The position numbers were made by a program, and so were the translations under genes. This document shows positions 24,659 to 27,340 of a stretch of DNA of 27,340 nucleotides, one piece after another. The stretch comes from a virus. The notes under the pieces are model-generated. The model worked only from the letters and a program-made list of their open reading frames with translations. It was not told the origin of the DNA and did no database searches. Where the stretch lies: positions 1-27,340 of IMG/VR virus record IMGVR_UViG_3300045988_034716; one strand, 5' to 3'. Within the stretch, counting starts at the first letter, position 1. Each line of letters begins with the position of its first letter.

Positions 24659-24865
24659 TCACATCATCGTATCGTCGTTGACGGTTGCAGCTTCCCTAAT
24701 CGCGTACGGTTCGTTGCCAGCACAGGCTACAGCCCTGCACAGCTTCCACTGCGTTACACCGCCGTTCATCGCGGTTGACATTGCCTGCATCAGCGCTGCC
24801 GTGTCGTTCACTGCCTGTATCGTCTTTTCGAACTTTCCTTCGACGTAGAACCCGTATCCGCTCAT
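24659..24865 (-). CDS. Hypothetical protein, 68 aa. Start at MSGYGFYVEGK
   Basis: ATG preceded by GGAAAGGCAGGAAGc, a fourth copy of the conserved SD-region sequence. Confidence 0.45.
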   Translation of the reverse strand: MSGYGFYVEGKFEKTIQAVNDTAALMQAMSTAMNGGVTQWKLCRAVACAGNEPYAIREAATVNDDTMM

Positions 24866-24916
24866 GCTTCCTGCCTTTCCTGTCGATTCCGTCAAAGCCG
24901 CTGTGGCTCAACGCTT

Positions 24917-25151
24917 CCTATGCAACGTATGCCACGTACCTTTTGTTCTTGGTGTCCCTCCTGAAGCAAACGGCCGCCTCTCCGCAGTCCGTATCTACCA
25001 CGAGATGCCTTTCGTTCATGACTGACACCTTCATGCCCCTTTCCACCATCTGCCGGTAGAGGACTTCCACAAGCTCGGCGACCCTTGCTCCGCTGCTGGT
25101 GTTCTCTGCGAACTCCTTTGCGAACTCGATTGCGTCGTTCTTGGTTTACAT
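24917..25151 (-). pseudogene. First ORF of the P3 unit. ATG at the conserved position, then an in-frame TAA as codon 2, then 76 open codons (TKNDAIEFAKEF...KRYVAYVA)
   Basis: The leader GAAAGGCAGGAC-ATG aligns the second ATG (25149-25151) with the start codons downstream of P1 and P2. Codon 2 is TAA where those copies have GAA/GAG. The downstream frame is open to TAG at 24917. Confidence 0.4.
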
Positions 25152-25193
25152 CATGTCCTGCCTTTCTTGTGGTTGTTGTTATTTGTTGATGTA

Positions 25194-25222
25194 ATCATAG
25201 CATATGTGTTCACCTGTGTGAA
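25194..25222 (-). promoter_or_regulatory. Promoter P3: TTCACA-17-TGcTATGAT, conserved module copy 3
   Basis: On the minus strand: TTCACAcaggtgaacacatatgcTATGAT. Confidence 0.65.
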
Positions 25223-25231
25223 TGGTTTACT

Positions 25232-25262
25232 CAAGAAAAAGCGGGGATTTTTTCTCCCCGCC
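25232..25262 (-). terminator. Rho-independent terminator: GCGGGGA gaaaaaa TCCCCGC then TTTTTCTTG
   Basis: On the minus strand, downstream of the 25278..25496 gene and immediately upstream of P3. Confidence 0.65.
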
Positions 25263-25277
25263 GTTGCTTGCCACTCT

Positions 25278-25496
25278 CTATATTTCGTACACGACTCGGT
25301 TCCCGTCCTTCACCTTGCCGGCCACGCGGACGCCGTGCTCCGTCTCGTACGACGTGCATTCGTTCAGGCACCTTGCTATGAAAGACGCTCGTCCCATGCC
25401 GTCCGACATCTTGTCCATGTTGGCCTCGGTCTCGCCTGAGTCCAACGTGACCACAACGTTGCCGTCAGAGTCCTTCCCCCTGAAGTGATATGCCAT
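25278..25496 (-). CDS. Hypothetical protein, 72 aa
   Basis: The ORF follows the Mu-F-like gene. No motif was recognised. Confidence 0.45.
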   Translation of the reverse strand: MAYHFRGKDSDGNVVVTLDSGETEANMDKMSDGMGRASFIARCLNECTSYETEHGVRVAGKVKDGNRVVYEI

Positions 25497-25499
25497 CTC

Positions 25500-26615
25500 C
25501 TACCCCTTCCACTCGTACGCCGACATGCGCTCCTCGCGTGTCTCGATGCCAGCATCCTTGCTCTCTGCTCGGTACCTCTTAACCATCTCGTCTATCGTCG
25601 AGTCGATTCCGCCAATGTCGCTGCCAGCCTCGACCAGGACTCTTCTTTCGGCCTTCAGCTTTCGCACGGACGTCTCAATACGCCTCTGGCGCTGCGTGAA
25701 CTCGTATGCCGTCATCTCCGTTCCGTTGACATCGACCTTCCGCGACGACTGCTCGCGGTACTTCCTGAGCTGTTCCTGGGAGTTCGCCTGCTTCGATACG
25801 CCCATCAGGATTGGGAACGTCTGGTGTCGGCAGTTCATCCCCTTGGCTATCGGGCGTTCCAATCCGCCCTGAATCCTAGCGAACTCCGCGTTGGAGAACT
25901 GCCTTCCCTGATACGGCGCATGGTCTTCTGCGCACATGCCGTGCGCCGACACCTCAACGCCATCGGCACCGAACGCCCTGCCGACCTCGTTTCGCGCCTC
26001 CTGCATCGTCATCCGGTAGTTGTCCATGACGTTCATCGATACGGCGCTGTACAGCTCCCTCGTTGCCCCTGACTCGTACACCACCCTGACGCCTCCTGAT
26101 GCCAGACGCCTCACCATGCGGTTGTACTCCTCGCCGTATGCAGACTCCCCCGAGCGGACTGCTCCCACGGCGCGGTTCAGGCAGTCTCTGTATGCCTGCG
26201 CAATCGGCGTCACCTTCCCGTCATGCGACACGACCGCCATGACGGACGTGCGGCACATGCCATCGACGTCCTTGCGAGCCTTCGACCTTCCGGACACGAT
26301 AGACTGCCTTGAGAACGGGTTGCCCATGACGCTCTGGAACGCCCTGCCGGACGCCTCGAACATCGCCTTCGACCACGAGTTGATTGCGTCTGCGCCGGCA
26401 CCGAACAGCGCGTCCGCCCTCTTTCCGAGCATCGCCGACAGCGTTGCCGCTATCGACGATATGTCCGCCATTCCAGCGACCTGCCATTTGGCTGCGTCGT
26501 CGTACCCGGTGTCCGCATCGACTCCACGGAGGCTCCTCGCAATCACGCACAGGATGGCGACCTCTGCCGCGAGCGCCACCATCGATATGTCCAGCTCCTC
26601 GCGACGCTCGTCCAT
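25500..26615 (-). CDS. Head morphogenesis protein (SPP1 gp7 / Mu F-like), 371 aa
   Basis: It lies immediately downstream of the portal with an ATGA-type overlap. Size and position fit. The domain assignment is from memory. Confidence 0.6.
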   Translation of the reverse strand: MDERREELDISMVALAAEVAILCVIARSLRGVDADTGYDDAAKWQVAGMADISSIAATLSAMLGKRADALFGAGADAINSWSKAMFEASGRAFQSVMGNPFSRQSIVSGRSKARKDVDGMCRTSVMAVVSHDGKVTPIAQAYRDCLNRAVGAVRSGESAYGEEYNRMVRRLASGGVRVVYESGATRELYSAVSMNVMDNYRMTMQEARNEVGRAFGADGVEVSAHGMCAEDHAPYQGRQFSNAEFARIQGGLERPIAKGMNCRHQTFPILMGVSKQANSQEQLRKYREQSSRKVDVNGTEMTAYEFTQRQRRIETSVRKLKAERRVLVEAGSDIGGIDSTIDEMVKRYRAESKDAGIETREERMSAYEWKG

Positions 26616-27285
26616 TTACAGCTCCTGGAACACGGGCACGGACGGCTTCGCGGCCGCGATCTCTGCCACCCTCTGACGAGCAACCTCCGGACTCTCGCCC
26701 ATCACCATCATCCGGTAGTCCACGGCGTCTGTGGCACCGATGGCGTTTCCTGCGAGTATCGCGCTCTGCTGGTCTGCGAACGTGTTGATGTACTCGTCGC
26801 TCCACTTGTACTCGACGTCGTACGGGCCGACCGGGACGATTCCGTAATAGCTCGCCAGAACGTCCCACGCGTACACCATGTCGTCTAGGTAGCTCTCGGC
26901 CACGCCTCGCGCCGTCTCGATGAAGCTCTGCGTCTTCACTGTGGCCTTGCGCACGTTGTCCACGTTCTGGTAGCTCGCCTCGTTCAGGTTGCTCAGGATG
27001 CCGGAGCTTACGCCGACCGCCTTCTCGACCTCCTGATACTGCTTCTCCAACGCGTCCACGTACGGCTGCAATTGGATTGTCGGTGCCCATTCCGATATGA
27101 GATTGCCGTTTCCGCGCAAGTCCCCCCGTACGTCCATGAAGAGCCGTTCACGTCCCTTCGGCATCGTGAGCTTGGATGCCACGATGTCCCCGTTCTGGTC
27201 GCGCCTGAACTCCTTCGAGAACATCGACTTGTCGGCAATGATCGCCTTCTCGCTCAGCCCGAACTCGTTGTGCATCTGGTTCGTA
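26616..27285 (-). CDS. Portal protein, C-terminal part. Continuation of 1..728 across the circular junction
   Basis: The frame is continuous with the N-terminal part. The C-terminal region ...ILAGNAIGATDAVDYRMMVMGESPEVARQRVAEIAAAKPSVP is typical of SPP1-type portals. Confidence 0.75.
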
Positions 27286-27340
27286 AGATAGTGAATCTCC
27301 CTGATTGGCGCTGACGCACCGAAGCAGATTGGTGTTCCCT
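27286..27340. repeat. Terminal direct repeat; exact copy of 1..55
   Basis: 55/55 identity with the window start. Confidence 0.9.

Noticed and set aside
25153-25194. 13-codon plus-strand peptide MSCLSCGCCYLLM starting at 25153
   Set aside because: There is no RBS. It lies antisense within the conserved P3 leader. The Cys-rich reading is a by-product of the purine-rich leader on the other strand.
27286-27340. 55-bp end repeat as a biological direct terminal repeat (DTR) of the virion DNA
   Set aside because: An exact 55-bp overlap is what a k=55 de Bruijn assembler produces for a circular contig. The HNH plus terminase arrangement suggests cos ends rather than a DTR. I cannot exclude it without read-level terminus analysis.
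1-27340. CRISPR arrays, tRNA genes, integrase or transposase
   Set aside because: I saw no regularly spaced short repeats, no cloverleaf-like candidates in the few intergenic gaps, and no tyrosine or serine recombinase or DDE transposase signatures in any frame.

Overview
The window reads as a complete, circularly closed dsDNA phage genome of about 27.3 kb (27,285 unique bp). Its first 55 nt are repeated exactly at its end (1..55 = 27286..27340), so the contig closes on itself. GC content is high, and the lysis and replication genes point to a Gram-positive host. Every convincing gene lies on the minus strand; the long plus-strand ORFs in the track are Arg/Leu-rich antisense artefacts. The modules below are listed in transcription order, that is, by decreasing coordinate. 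Packaging: HNH endonuclease, TerS, TerL, an SPP1-like portal whose gene wraps across the contig ends, and a Mu-F/gp7-like head morphogenesis protein. Next comes a small-protein operon with Cys-rich paralogs. Morphogenesis: scaffold, major capsid, connector and completion proteins, major tail protein, two chaperone-like proteins, tape measure, Dit, Tal-like protein, and a collagen-repeat tail fiber. Lysis: XhlA-like protein, holin, and a GH25 endolysin with cell-wall-binding repeats. Recombination: ERF, SSB, and a Cas4/RecB-like nuclease translationally coupled to RusA. Replication: a DnaD-like replisome organizer, a DnaC/IstB-like loader, and a small XRE HTH regulator. I found no integrase or CI-like repressor, and I saw no CRISPR array or tRNA. 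I see four things most worth follow-up. First, a near-identical promoter plus leader module (TTCACA-17-TGcTATGAT ... GAAAGGCAGGA-ATG) occurs three times, each time directly after a rho-independent terminator, and so defines three transcription units. Second, in the third copy the start codon is followed immediately by TAA (ATG TAA where the other two copies have ATG GAA/GAG), yet an intact 76-codon frame follows. Third, a roughly 95-bp element with direct repeats (AGTCATCTGGT x2) and GGCAAAT inverted repeats occurs twice: once inside the inter-domain linker of the replisome-organizer gene and once between head genes. This looks like a pair of replication origins. Fourth, a tandem set of translationally coupled small Cys-rich proteins sits just upstream of the late operon.
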